From the NCBI GenBank assembly GCA_965228425.1, contig OZ245815.1, positions 3,672,095 to 3,736,094 on the forward strand: a stretch of 64,000 nt of DNA, given 5' to 3'. Positions within the stretch are counted from its first letter, which is position 1. Each line of letters opens with the position of its first letter. The DNA is from Alphaproteobacteria bacterium. GTDB taxonomy: Bacteria > Pseudomonadota > Alphaproteobacteria > UBA8366. Made by a program: the position numbers and the translations under genes. Below the pieces are notes generated by a model. That model saw nothing but the letters and a program-made list of their open reading frames with translations, searched no databases and had not been told where the DNA came from. Of this stretch, positions 27,103 to 36,188 are shown in pieces.

Positions 27103-27966
27103 TCACCCGCCGTATTTCCGGGCCAGCGTCTCATACTCGGCAAGGCCCAAAATCTCGTTCTGGCGGTCGAGCCCGTTCATCCGGTCGAGCAGCGGTTCGG
27201 TCGTGCCCTCGCGCTTCAGAACATCCAGGAACTCCTGCGCTTGCCGCGTCAGGAACCGCGCCAATCCGTTGGCGAAGAGCGCCACGCTGTAGCCGAGCTC
27301 CTGCAGGTCGGCGGCCGAGAGCAAGGGGCTGCGGCCACCCTCGATCATGTTGGCCAAGACCGGCACGTTCACCGCATTTGGGATCGCAGCGAATTCTTCG
27401 ACCGATTGCGGCGCTTCGACGAAAACCATATCCGCCCCCGCCTCCGCATAGGCGGCCACGCGGTCGAGCGCGGCGTCGAATCCGTCCACGGAACGGGCGT
27501 CGGTCCGCGCAATAATCAGGAAATCCGGATCATCGCGTGTATCGAGCGCCGCCTTCAGTTTACCGACCATCTCTTCGACCGTTACAAGCGTCTTGCCCGT
27601 GAAATGCCCGCACCGCTTCGGGATTTCCTGGTCCTCCAGTCGGATGGCGGCGACGCCCGCGCGCTCGAACTCCCGGACCGTTCTGATGACATTGAGTGCA
27701 TTGCCATAACCGGTATCCGCGTCGCAGATCACCGGCAGATCACATGCGTCCGCGACGCGACGGGCGCGCTCGGCCATCTCGGTCATCGTCACCAAACCAA
27801 GATCAGGCATTGCGAGCGTCGTATAGGTGACGCCGGCGCCGTTCATCTCGACGGCCTCGAATCCCGCCTGCGCCATCAATCGTGCCATCAGCGGGTCGTA
27901 GGTACCGGGCGCAAGGAGTATCTCGTCGTCCTCGATACGTCGGCGCAGCTTGGTTGTCTGTCGCAT
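27103..27966 (-). CDS. isocitrate lyase/PEP mutase superfamily enzyme (PrpB / oxaloacetate-decarboxylase-like, not PEP mutase)
   Basis: LLAPGTYDPLMARL, DADTGYGN, and IRLEDQEIPKRCGHFTGK. The KRCGH motif points to the lyase branch. Confidence 0.8.
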   Translation of the reverse strand: MRQTTKLRRRIEDDEILLAPGTYDPLMARLMAQAGFEAVEMNGAGVTYTTLAMPDLGLVTMTEMAERARRVADACDLPVICDADTGYGNALNVIRTVREFERAGVAAIRLEDQEIPKRCGHFTGKTLVTVEEMVGKLKAALDTRDDPDFLIIARTDARSVDGFDAALDRVAAYAEAGADMVFVEAPQSVEEFAAIPNAVNVPVLANMIEGGRSPLLSAADLQELGYSVALFANGLARFLTRQAQEFLDVLKREGTTEPLLDRMNGLDRQNEILGLAEYETLARKYGG

Positions 27967-28200
27967 TGTCCGCCTCCTGTCTGGCTGTTCCGTCAGCCTA
28001 ACAGGCCTGGCGAATTCGAACGAACCGGTCTCCCGGAAATACGCTCGATATGGCCTTCTGCGACAATCGGTTGGCCACGCCATAAGAGCGCCTCGGATAT
28101 CGTGCGCCCATATAATCCAAGTGAGTAATAACCCTTTGGAACAGCTACCTCTATTGGATAGATGACACACGGTGCGGGTCTATGCGAACGGTATCCCAAG

Positions 28201-30849
28201 ATGCATAGGATCGAGAGTGGCATAGACCGAGCATCCGACCGCTTACAGACGATTTATGAAGTGTTGCGGCATTGGGCCGAGCTCACACCGGCAGCACCCG
28301 CCTTTTTGGCCTTGGACCGGCCGCCAATCGACTACGGCGCCCTTAAACGAGCGGTCGATCAAATCGGGACCGAATTGGCCGCCAGCGGCGTCCGCCGGCG
28401 CGACCGAATCGCGATCGCCGAGGCCGGCGGTACGGATGTGGCCATCGCCGCCGTCGGCGTTTGGTCCCACGCGGCGGCGGTTCCGATAAACCCCAACCTC
28501 ACGCCCGGCGAAACCGCGCTGGCGCTGCAAGACTTGGGGGTAAAGGCACTCGCCGTCACCGATCCGGGGTCGTCGCCCGCCCGCAACATCGCGCAGCAAC
28601 TCGGACTGCCGATCCTAACGATCATTCGGGATTCGAAAGCGGATGCGTATCGGGTCGAGGTCGACGGCGGCCCGCTCGGACCACCGGGCCCTTGCGAACC
28701 AGCCCAAGCCGACGATCCCGTCGTTATTCTGGCTACCTCGGGAACGACGTCGCATAGCAAGATCGTCCCCCTGTTGCAGCGTCATCTCCATGCGCGGGGA
28801 GCGTTGAATTCGCGGTTCCTGGAACTGACGCCCGACGACCGGGCGTTGAACCTGATGCCGCTGTTCCACGGCGGCGGACTGAGCGCCGGGATCGCGACCT
28901 GCCTGTTCGCCGGCAGCAGCGTGTGCGCCCTGCCCAGCTTGGACGCCGACACGTTCTACCGCCATCTGGAGGCGCTCGAACCGACCTACGCCATGGGGGC
29001 GCCTGCGGTCTTCTCGTCGATCCTCGATCAAGCCGATCGCTTCCAGCCGGCCATCGCCAAAGCGCGTCCGCATCTGCGGATGATCCGGACCGGCGCCGGC
29101 AAACTCGACACCGATCTAGCGGACCGGCTTCAAGATACCTTCCGCGCACCCGTAATACAGGTTTACGGGTCGTCGGAATCCGGCTGGCTGGCTTGCGACC
29201 CCATGGCGGCGGCGCGGCGCAAACCGGGCAGCGTCGGACTGCCGCGGCCGAACGAAGTCGCCGTGTTCGCCGACGATGGCGAAACCGCCCCCGCCGGCAC
29301 CGTCGGCGAAGTTGGCGCCCGCGGCGAAGCCGTCTTCGAAGGCTATGAAAACGGCGGCCCGTCCGATTCCGCTGTTTTCGCGGATGGCTGGTACCGCACG
29401 GGGGACGCGGGCTATTTCGACGAAGACGGCTACCTCTTTCTCACCGGGCGCCTTAATGAGGTGATCAATCGGGGCGGCCAGAAGGTTGCACCGAATGAGG
29501 TAGACGAAGCCCTCCAATCGCACCCGGCGGTCCGTACCGCGACCGCCTTTCCCATCCCGCATGCCACCCTGGGCGAGGAGATCGCGGCGACCGTCGTCGC
29601 CACGTCCGGCGCATCCCCCGACGAACAAGCTCTGCTGCGGCATCTGCGTGAGCGCCTGGCGCCGTACAAGATTCCCCGTCGCATCGTGTTCGTCGACGAC
29701 ATTCCAAAGGGCGACACCGGCAAGATACAACGCCACAAACTGGCCGAAACGCTTGGGCTCTCGACCGCCGATCCGGATTCCAGCCGCCAGGACGCGGCGC
29801 AGGACCGGCCGGCGACACCGTTGGAAGAAACCCTAAGGGCGCTCTGGGCCAAGGCGCTCGATCGACCGGACGTGGGCCTGCATGACGATTTCTTCATGCT
29901 CGGCGGCGATTCCCTGCAGGCGGTTAACCTATTCCTCGATATCGAGCGGCATTTGGACCGCCGCCTGCCGCGGGCCATCCTATTCGACGCCGCAACCATC
30001 GCCGAAATGGCGGATCGAATCGAGGCCGAACTGCCATCGCGCTGCCTCGTGCCGATTCAGCCGAAGGGCGACCGGCCGCCATTTTTCTGCGTGCACGATC
30101 AAGACGGACATGTTCTGAATTTTCGGACGCTCGCCAAGCATCTCGGCGACGTGCAACCTTTCTACGGTTTGCAAGCGCGCGGGTTGGACGGCGACGAAAT
30201 TCCCTTCGCCGACGCGGATACGATGGCCGCGCACTACATTCAGGAGATTCGCCGCATTCAGCCGAACGGCCCCTTCCTGTTGGGGGGATATTCGTTCGGC
30301 GGCCGGATCGCCTATCTCATGGCCCAAAAGCTCCGCGCCGCCGGTGAAGACGTCGCGCTCCTCGCGCTGTTCGACACCTACTATCAGGGCGGCAGGAAAC
30401 GCGCGAGCATCGGGCAGTGGCTCCGGCTGCATGCGCGACGGCTCTCCCGACAATCCCCCCGGGAGATACCGGCGTATTTGGGGCGCCGCCTCATCTCGGC
30501 ATGGGAGGTCTTCGCCGTCGCGGTCCGCACGGCCGTGTTCACACAGACCTGGCGCTACTATGAGAGCAGGGGCAAGACCGTACCGAAGTTGCTTCGAAAC
30601 CCCGCCGGCGCGAACGACATCATTTCCAGCAACGTGACCCTCGCTCCCTATGACGGCGCCGCCGTGTTGTTCAAAGCCGAATTGCCGGCGCTGCTGGACC
30701 GGGAAGTCCACGATGGCTGGCGCAATATCGTCCGGGGCGGGTTGGAGACGCGCCCAATCCGCGGCCGGCATGCCGACGTGATGATCGAACCGGCGGTGTG
30801 CGAATTAGCCGCCGAGTTGAAGGACTGCATCGAGGCAAGACTCCGATAA
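28201..30849 (+). CDS. standalone NRPS-like tridomain enzyme: adenylation / carrier protein / thioesterase (A-T-TE)
   Basis: A-domain cores ILATSGTTSHSKIV, YGSSE, WYRTGDAGYFDEDGYLFLTGRLNEVINRGGQKV and PKGDTGKIQR. Carrier motif FFMLGGDSL (Ser codon 29911-29913). TE motif GGYSFGG (Ser codon 30292-30294) plus a late GRHADVM. The ORF opens at 28162. Confidence 0.85.
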   Translation: MHRIESGIDRASDRLQTIYEVLRHWAELTPAAPAFLALDRPPIDYGALKRAVDQIGTELAASGVRRRDRIAIAEAGGTDVAIAAVGVWSHAAAVPINPNLTPGETALALQDLGVKALAVTDPGSSPARNIAQQLGLPILTIIRDSKADAYRVEVDGGPLGPPGPCEPAQADDPVVILATSGTTSHSKIVPLLQRHLHARGALNSRFLELTPDDRALNLMPLFHGGGLSAGIATCLFAGSSVCALPSLDADTFYRHLEALEPTYAMGAPAVFSSILDQADRFQPAIAKARPHLRMIRTGAGKLDTDLADRLQDTFRAPVIQVYGSSESGWLACDPMAAARRKPGSVGLPRPNEVAVFADDGETAPAGTVGEVGARGEAVFEGYENGGPSDSAVFADGWYRTGDAGYFDEDGYLFLTGRLNEVINRGGQKVAPNEVDEALQSHPAVRTATAFPIPHATLGEEIAATVVATSGASPDEQALLRHLRERLAPYKIPRRIVFVDDIPKGDTGKIQRHKLAETLGLSTADPDSSRQDAAQDRPATPLEETLRALWAKALDRPDVGLHDDFFMLGGDSLQAVNLFLDIERHLDRRLPRAILFDAATIAEMADRIEAELPSRCLVPIQPKGDRPPFFCVHDQDGHVLNFRTLAKHLGDVQPFYGLQARGLDGDEIPFADADTMAAHYIQEIRRIQPNGPFLLGGYSFGGRIAYLMAQKLRAAGEDVALLALFDTYYQGGRKRASIGQWLRLHARRLSRQSPREIPAYLGRRLISAWEVFAVAVRTAVFTQTWRYYESRGKTVPKLLRNPAGANDIISSNVTLAPYDGAAVLFKAELPALLDREVHDGWRNIVRGGLETRPIRGRHADVMIEPAVCELAAELKDCIEARLR

Positions 30850-30879
30850 CCGTCCAGCCCGGACACTTATCCGCCCGCA

Positions 30880-30893
30880 TTGACCCAAATCAA
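30880..30893. promoter_or_regulatory. FixK-type box (TTGA-N6-TCAA) upstream of the cytochrome c gene
   Basis: TTGACCCAAATCCAA-type site reading TTGACCCAAATCAA, one mismatch to TTGAT-N4-ATCAA. Centred ~75 bp upstream of the GTG start. No convincing -10 at class-II distance. Confidence 0.4.
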
Positions 30894-30961
30894 CGCTGCA
30901 TCGCGGCGAAAATGCCCCCCTAGCAGGCGACAATCTTGACAGCAATCAGGAAGGGTCGAGC

Positions 30962-31282
30962 GTGCAACACTCCATACGGCTTCTGGCCAGCGGCCTGACC
31001 GCGGCTTTCCTCATCGCCGGACACGCCGCTATCGCCGCCGAAGGCGATTCGATGGCCGGCGAAGCGCTTGCGAAACAATGGTGTGCCGCGTGCCACGACA
31101 TCGGCCACGGCAAGACCGTCAAGGACGGAGCCCCGTCCTTCGTCGAAGTCGCCCGCCACCCCAAGTTTAGTCCGGACCGGCTAAAGGTGTGGCTGTCGGA
31201 TCCCCATCCGCCGATGCCGAAACTGGATCTGTCGCGGCGTTCCATCGACGATCTCATCAGATACATCGGCAGCCTCAAGTAG
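30962..31282 (+). CDS. small periplasmic class I c-type cytochrome
   Basis: Signal peptide, heme motif CAACH, and a distal PPMP Met ligand candidate. GTG start follows AGGAAGGG. Confidence 0.85.
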   Translation: MQHSIRLLASGLTAAFLIAGHAAIAAEGDSMAGEALAKQWCAACHDIGHGKTVKDGAPSFVEVARHPKFSPDRLKVWLSDPHPPMPKLDLSRRSIDDLIRYIGSLK

Positions 31283-31334
31283 CTGATCTTAATAAATTTT
31301 ATTGTGCGGGAACCGATCCGGCCGCGGCTAGGAG

Positions 31335-31348
31335 TTGATCTAGATCAA
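31335..31348. promoter_or_regulatory. perfect FNR/FixK box upstream of ppk2
   Basis: TTGATCTAGATCAA matches TTGAT-N4-ATCAA exactly, inside the 16-bp palindrome GTTGATCTAGATCAAC. The -10-like TAAGTT at 31371-31376 puts the box centre at about -41.5. Confidence 0.6.
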
Positions 31349-31414
31349 CGCCCTAATGGTATCTGTCGCCTAAGTTGTAGTGTTCAGTGGCTGCAACTTT
31401 GATCTGAGACGACA

Positions 31415-32455
31415 ATGAAAAAAATTTCTGGCTCTAGTGATGGAAGCGCCGTCGTAACCGAAAAAGCGCCGAAACCGGACATTCAGGCCAATGGCGCCGA
31501 TGAGGTTTCGAACGAACAGCAGCCGATGGAAGGCAAGGGAAATGGCGCTGCGGCCGGAGAAAAAGCCGGTACGCCCCGTCATATGCTCTCCGAATTGCGG
31601 CACGATCCGAACGCAATCCACCGGCTTTTCGAAACGGGCGAGTATCCCTACAAAACGAAGCTCAGCCGCCGGAGCTACGAAAAGCATAAGGCGGAATTGC
31701 AGGTCGAACTTCTGAAAGTCCAGGATTGGGTGAAAGTAACCGGGCAGAAGATCGTCGTCCTGTTCGAAGGCCGCGATGCCGCCGGCAAGGGCGGCACGAT
31801 CAAGCGGTTCATGGAACACCTGAACCCGCGCGGCGCACGGGTCGTTGCCCTGGATAAACCAACCGAGCGCGAACAGAGCCAATGGTTCTTCCAGCGCTAT
31901 ATTCATCACCTGCCGTCCGCCGGCGAAATCGTGATGTTCGACCGGTCCTGGTACAACCGGGCCGGGGTCGAGCGCGTCATGGGATTCTGTAATCCCACCG
32001 ACTATCTGGAATTCATGCGCCAGACACCGGAAGTGGAACGCATGCTCGTCCGCAGCGGCATTATCCTTTTCAAATACTGGTTCTCGGTCACGCAGGACGA
32101 ACAATCCCGGCGATTCAAGTCGCGAGAGTCGGAGCCGTTGAAGAGCTGGAAGCTGTCCCCGATCGATAAGCTGTCGCTCAACAAGTGGGACGACTACACC
32201 GAAGCGAAAGAGGCGATGTTCTTCTACACGGATACGGCGGACGCACCGTGGACGATCGTGAAATCCAACGACAAGAAACGGGCCCGGCTGAACTGCATGA
32301 AGCACTTCCTGCAGAACCTGCCCTATCCCGAGAAGGATCACCGCGTCATCGGGCAACCCGATCCGCTGATCGTCGGCTCAAGCATCCATGTCGTTCAAAG
32401 CAGCGAACATATCCTGGGAAAAAGCCTGCACCCCGACCATCGGCGCAGCAAATAA
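31415..32455 (+). CDS. ppk2: polyphosphate kinase 2
   Basis: LLKVQDWVKVTGQKIVVLFEGRDAAGKGGTIKR (Walker A), DRSWYNRAGVERVMGF, and a lid region. A ~65-aa low-complexity N-terminal extension is present. Confidence 0.92.
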   Translation: MKKISGSSDGSAVVTEKAPKPDIQANGADEVSNEQQPMEGKGNGAAAGEKAGTPRHMLSELRHDPNAIHRLFETGEYPYKTKLSRRSYEKHKAELQVELLKVQDWVKVTGQKIVVLFEGRDAAGKGGTIKRFMEHLNPRGARVVALDKPTEREQSQWFFQRYIHHLPSAGEIVMFDRSWYNRAGVERVMGFCNPTDYLEFMRQTPEVERMLVRSGIILFKYWFSVTQDEQSRRFKSRESEPLKSWKLSPIDKLSLNKWDDYTEAKEAMFFYTDTADAPWTIVKSNDKKRARLNCMKHFLQNLPYPEKDHRVIGQPDPLIVGSSIHVVQSSEHILGKSLHPDHRRSK

Positions 32456-32586
32456 CGCCGGGACCGGTGAGCCTCCATCCCGCCGGGATCTCGTGAAAAT
32501 TTGACGCGAAATCAACCATAATACAGCCCCTTGCCCGCCCCTGATGCCGCGCCTATGGTTGCGGCGGAACAGCAGGGACGACCGGC

Positions 32587-34260
32587 ATGCACGACCTGAT
32601 CATTCGGAGCGCGTCGTTTATCGATGGCCTCGGCGGGGCCCCGAAAACCGCCGATCTGGCGGTGACGGGCGGCCGTATCGCTGAAATCGGCACGGTCTCC
32701 GGTCCGGCGCACGAAACCGTCGATGCCGCGGGCCTTTCCCTTATGCCGGGCATCATCGACGTCCATACGCACTACGACGCACAGCTCACCTGGGATCCGC
32801 AATGCTCGCCCTCGCCGGCGCTCGGCGTCACCACCGTCGTCATCGGCAATTGCGGTTTCGGGATCACGCCGAATGCGCCGGATACGCGGGAAACTCTCAT
32901 CAAGAATCTGTCCGAGGTCGAGGGTATGTCGCTGACCGCCTTGCGGGCGGGTATCGATTGGCGTTTCGACGATTTCGGCGGGTATCTGGACCTCTTGGCG
33001 ACCCGCGGCGTGGTGCCCAACGTCGCCGCCTTCGCCTGCCATTCCAGCATCCGTGTCGCGGTGCTTGGCGACGATGCCTCGACACGCGCTGCTACCGACG
33101 CCGAAATCGATCAAATGGCGACGATCCTGCGGGATGCCCTCAACGCGGGCGCGATCGGTTTCGCCTCCTCCACTTTCGAGAACCACAACGGGTTCGGCGG
33201 CCTGCCGATGCCGTCGCGCCTTGCCGAAGAATCCGAATTCGAACGCCTGATCGACGAACTCGGATCCGCGGGCCAGGGCTTGTTCATGGTCACCGCCGGC
33301 GAGCGCACCACCATCGATACCCTGACCGGCTATTCCCGGCGCAGTGGCCGGCCCATGGTCTACGCCGCGCTGTTGCACAACAGCCAGGTGCCGGAACGCA
33401 CCCGGTCGGTCCTATCGGGGTGTCGGGCCGCTCAATTGGCCGACGTCCCGGTCTATGCGCAGGTGTCCTGTCAGCCGCTGAGCATGAATTTCTCGCTCGA
33501 CGCCGCCTACCCGCTCTACGGCGTCGACCCGTGGGGATCGCTGCCGATCGACGATCCAGCGGTACTGCGCACGGCCCTCGCCGATCCCAATTTCCGCGAC
33601 CAATTCCGGCGCAGTCTGACGCAACCGGTCGGCGGCCGGTTGTTCAACGGCGATTGGGATCGAGTCGAGGTTGCGGTCTGTGCGTCTCATCCGGATTACG
33701 AAGGCCAATCCATTCCGGCGCTGGCCGAAAAAGGAGGGGTCGATGCCGTCGATTTCTTCTTCGATCTCGCCTTATCCGAAGACCTGGCGACCGTGTTCAA
33801 CGCGAAACTGCTGAATGTGGACGAGGACGCGGTCGGCGATATCCTGCAGCATCCGGACAGCCTGATCAGCCTGTCGGACGCTGGGGCGCACCTGACCTTC
33901 TTTTGTGACGCGGGCTATGGCCTGCACCTGCTCGGCCATTGGGTGCGGGAGCGCGGTGACTTCGAGATCGGCGAAGCGGTCCGCCAGATCACCAGCCGGC
34001 CAGCTGAGATTTACGGCATCCGCGACCGCGGCGCGCTGACCGAGGGCGCGTGGGCCGACATGCTGCTATTCGATCCCGAGACCGTCGGCATCACCGGCAT
34101 CGAACGTTTGCACGACCTCCCCGCCGGTCAAAGCCGCCTCGTGCGGCAAGGGCTCGGCGTGAGGGGCGTATGGGTCAACGGCACGCTGGTGCACGACGGC
34201 ACCGACTATCGCGATCACACTCGCCCGCCGGGCCAGGTTCTCACCGCGTTCGACGCGTAG
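32587..34260 (+). CDS. N-acyl-D-amino-acid deacylase (D-aminoacylase) family amidohydrolase
   Basis: DLIIRSASFIDGLG...GRIAEIG...MPGIIDVHTHYD, with SDAGAH later in the sequence. Confidence 0.85.
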   Translation: MHDLIIRSASFIDGLGGAPKTADLAVTGGRIAEIGTVSGPAHETVDAAGLSLMPGIIDVHTHYDAQLTWDPQCSPSPALGVTTVVIGNCGFGITPNAPDTRETLIKNLSEVEGMSLTALRAGIDWRFDDFGGYLDLLATRGVVPNVAAFACHSSIRVAVLGDDASTRAATDAEIDQMATILRDALNAGAIGFASSTFENHNGFGGLPMPSRLAEESEFERLIDELGSAGQGLFMVTAGERTTIDTLTGYSRRSGRPMVYAALLHNSQVPERTRSVLSGCRAAQLADVPVYAQVSCQPLSMNFSLDAAYPLYGVDPWGSLPIDDPAVLRTALADPNFRDQFRRSLTQPVGGRLFNGDWDRVEVAVCASHPDYEGQSIPALAEKGGVDAVDFFFDLALSEDLATVFNAKLLNVDEDAVGDILQHPDSLISLSDAGAHLTFFCDAGYGLHLLGHWVRERGDFEIGEAVRQITSRPAEIYGIRDRGALTEGAWADMLLFDPETVGITGIERLHDLPAGQSRLVRQGLGVRGVWVNGTLVHDGTDYRDHTRPPGQVLTAFDA

Positions 34261-34287
34261 CGCGGTGCGGACGGTCGGACACAGGAA

Positions 34288-34986
34288 ATGCGCAAGGGCT
34301 TCTCTTTTTGGCGTCTCATTCGCCGGATCGTCATCCTCATCGTGTTACTGGTTTTGGTCCTGCCGGCCGGACTGACCCTGCTGTATCGCGAAGTGGCCCC
34401 GCCCTTCACGCCGCTGATGGTGATCCGGCTATTCGAAGGCGAAGGGATCAAGTCCGAGTGGGTGCCGTTGCGGCAGATATCGCCGCATCTGATCCGCTCG
34501 GTCATCGCCCTGGAAGACAGCCGCTTTTGCAGCCATGACGGCGTCGATTGGGTCGAAATGAGCGATGCGGTGAGCGACCACCTAAAGGGTGGGCGGCTTC
34601 GCGGCGCCAGCACGATCTCGATGCAGACCGCCAAGAACCTGTTCCTCTGGCCCGGCCGGACCTTCCTGCGCAAGGCGATCGAAGCGCCGCTGACCTTCAT
34701 GATCGAAGCCATCCTCGGTAAGCGCCGCATCCTTGAAATCTATCTGAACGTGGTGGAATGGGGGCCGGGCATCTACGGGATCGAAGCCGCGTCGCGCGCC
34801 TATTTCCGAAAGCCCGCCGCCGCCCTTACCGCGTGGCAGGCAGGGCTGCTGGCCGGTATCCTGCCCAACCCGCGGCGCTGGTCGCCCCGAAAACCAACCG
34901 ATTATATCCGCAACCGCGCGCGCACCGCGATGGCCCGCTCGAAGGCGGTCGCCCCCGCGCTCAAATGCCTTCGGAAAAGCGGATAG
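34288..34986 (+). CDS. mtgA: monofunctional biosynthetic peptidoglycan transglycosylase
   Basis: IALEDSRFCSHDGVDW, GASTISMQTAKNLFL, RKAIEAPLTFMIEAILGKRRILEIYLNVVEWG. Confidence 0.92.
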   Translation: MRKGFSFWRLIRRIVILIVLLVLVLPAGLTLLYREVAPPFTPLMVIRLFEGEGIKSEWVPLRQISPHLIRSVIALEDSRFCSHDGVDWVEMSDAVSDHLKGGRLRGASTISMQTAKNLFLWPGRTFLRKAIEAPLTFMIEAILGKRRILEIYLNVVEWGPGIYGIEAASRAYFRKPAAALTAWQAGLLAGILPNPRRWSPRKPTDYIRNRARTAMARSKAVAPALKCLRKSG

Positions 34987-34991
34987 GAAAT

Positions 34992-35396
34992 CTAAGCCGG
35001 CCGCGGGACCGCCGAGATAATCACGGTAACATGGGCCAGCGGGTATTCGTCCGTGATCGTCACGTCGATCTGCGCCGCCATGTCGGCGGGCACCAGCGTT
35101 TGCAGATGCGCCAGCGCGCCGCCGGTCAGTTCCATCGTCGGCTTACCCGACGGCAGGTTGACCACGCCCATGTCGCGCCAGAAGATGCCGCGCCGGAAGC
35201 CGGTGCCGAGCGCCTTGGAACATGCCTCTTTGGCGGCGAAGCGCTTGGCGTAGCTGTCGGCGCGCCGGGCGCGCTTGTCCGACTTCGCCCGTTCGATATC
35301 GGTGAAGCACCGCTCCTCGAACCGTCCCGGAAATCGTTCGAGCGTGCTCTCGATCCGCCGGATATCCACCAGGTCGCTGCCGACGCCGATGATCAT
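34992..35396 (-). CDS. acpS: holo-[acyl-carrier-protein] synthase
   Basis: [30 protein letters not shown], and SITDE-like ITDEYPLA. Confidence 0.92.
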   Translation of the reverse strand: MIIGVGSDLVDIRRIESTLERFPGRFEERCFTDIERAKSDKRARRADSYAKRFAAKEACSKALGTGFRRGIFWRDMGVVNLPSGKPTMELTGGALAHLQTLVPADMAAQIDVTITDEYPLAHVTVIISAVPRPA

Positions 35397-36151
35397 CAGG
35401 CGCTGCGCTCCCCGGATACATCGGCGCGCGCCTTGTCCATCAGCGACCGCATCCGTTTGATCGCGCTTTCAAGGCCACCGAAGATGGCCTCGCCGATCAG
35501 GAAATGCCCGATATTCAATTCGACAATCGTCGGAATCGCGGCCACCGGACCGACGGTATCGAAGCTCAACCCGTGCCCTGCGTGGCATTCCAGGCCAACC
35601 GCTTCGGCATGTGCGGCGGCCACGGTGATGCGCTCCAACTCCGCGTCCTGCTCGTCCGCCTCGACCTCGCAATACCGCCCGGTATGCAGCTCGACAACGG
35701 GCGCGCCGAGCGACACCGCGGCATCTAGCTGCGCCGGGTCCGGATCGATGAACAGCGAGACCCGGATGCCGGCCTTCGACAATTCGGCCACGTAATGCTG
35801 CAGATGGTTATGACCGCCGACGGCATCCAATCCGCCCTCGGTGGTCAGTTCCTCGCGCTTCTCGGGTACGATACAGGCGGCATGCGGCTTATGGCGCAAC
35901 GCGATCTCAAGCATCTCGTCGGTCGCCGCCATCTCGAAATTCAGCGGCACCCCGATCTCCGCCATCAGACGCTCGATATCGTCGTCGGCGATATGCCGCC
36001 GGTCCTCCCGCAGATGCGCGGTGATCCCGTCGGCGCCGGATTTCTCGGCCAGCACCGCCGCGCGCACCGGATCCGGATGCCGGATGCCCCGCGCATTCCG
36101 CACCGTCGCGACGTGATCGATGTTCACCCCTAGTCTGAGAAAGCGTTTCAT
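35396..36151 (-). CDS. pdxJ: pyridoxine 5'-phosphate synthase
   Basis: [46 protein letters not shown]. Confidence 0.93.
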   Translation of the reverse strand: MKRFLRLGVNIDHVATVRNARGIRHPDPVRAAVLAEKSGADGITAHLREDRRHIADDDIERLMAEIGVPLNFEMAATDEMLEIALRHKPHAACIVPEKREELTTEGGLDAVGGHNHLQHYVAELSKAGIRVSLFIDPDPAQLDAAVSLGAPVVELHTGRYCEVEADEQDAELERITVAAAHAEAVGLECHAGHGLSFDTVGPVAAIPTIVELNIGHFLIGEAIFGGLESAIKRMRSLMDKARADVSGERSA

Positions 36152-36188
36152 GGCCCTTGCTCCTCTTTAGGCAGCGCGCCCGGACGGA

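Noticed and set aside
27103-27966. PEP mutase, and hence a phosphonate biosynthetic cluster next to the NRPS-like gene.
   Set aside because: The active-site loop reads EDQEIPKRCGH, which is the isocitrate lyase / PrpB / oxaloacetate decarboxylase type. It is not the EDK...NS motif I associate with true PEP mutases. No phosphonopyruvate decarboxylase is nearby.
28151-28163. The dyad TCTATtggATAGA in the divergent promoter of the A-T-TE cluster, as a defined operator.
   Set aside because: It is only 5+5 bp, there is no cognate regulator in the neighbourhood, and it could arise by chance. It is mentioned under the cluster finding only.
31363-31380. A Pho box (CTGTCGC-ctaa-GTTGTAG) upstream of ppk2.
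   Set aside because: Only the first half-site resembles CTGTCAT and the second matches about 3 of 7. The element also overlaps the better-supported -10 of the FNR-type promoter.
32501-32515. A third FixK/FNR box (TTGACGCGAAATCAA) upstream of the D-aminoacylase gene.
   Set aside because: The spacing is TTGA-N7-TCAA, one nt too long for the consensus (N6), so it does not fit the TTGAT-N4-ATCAA register.
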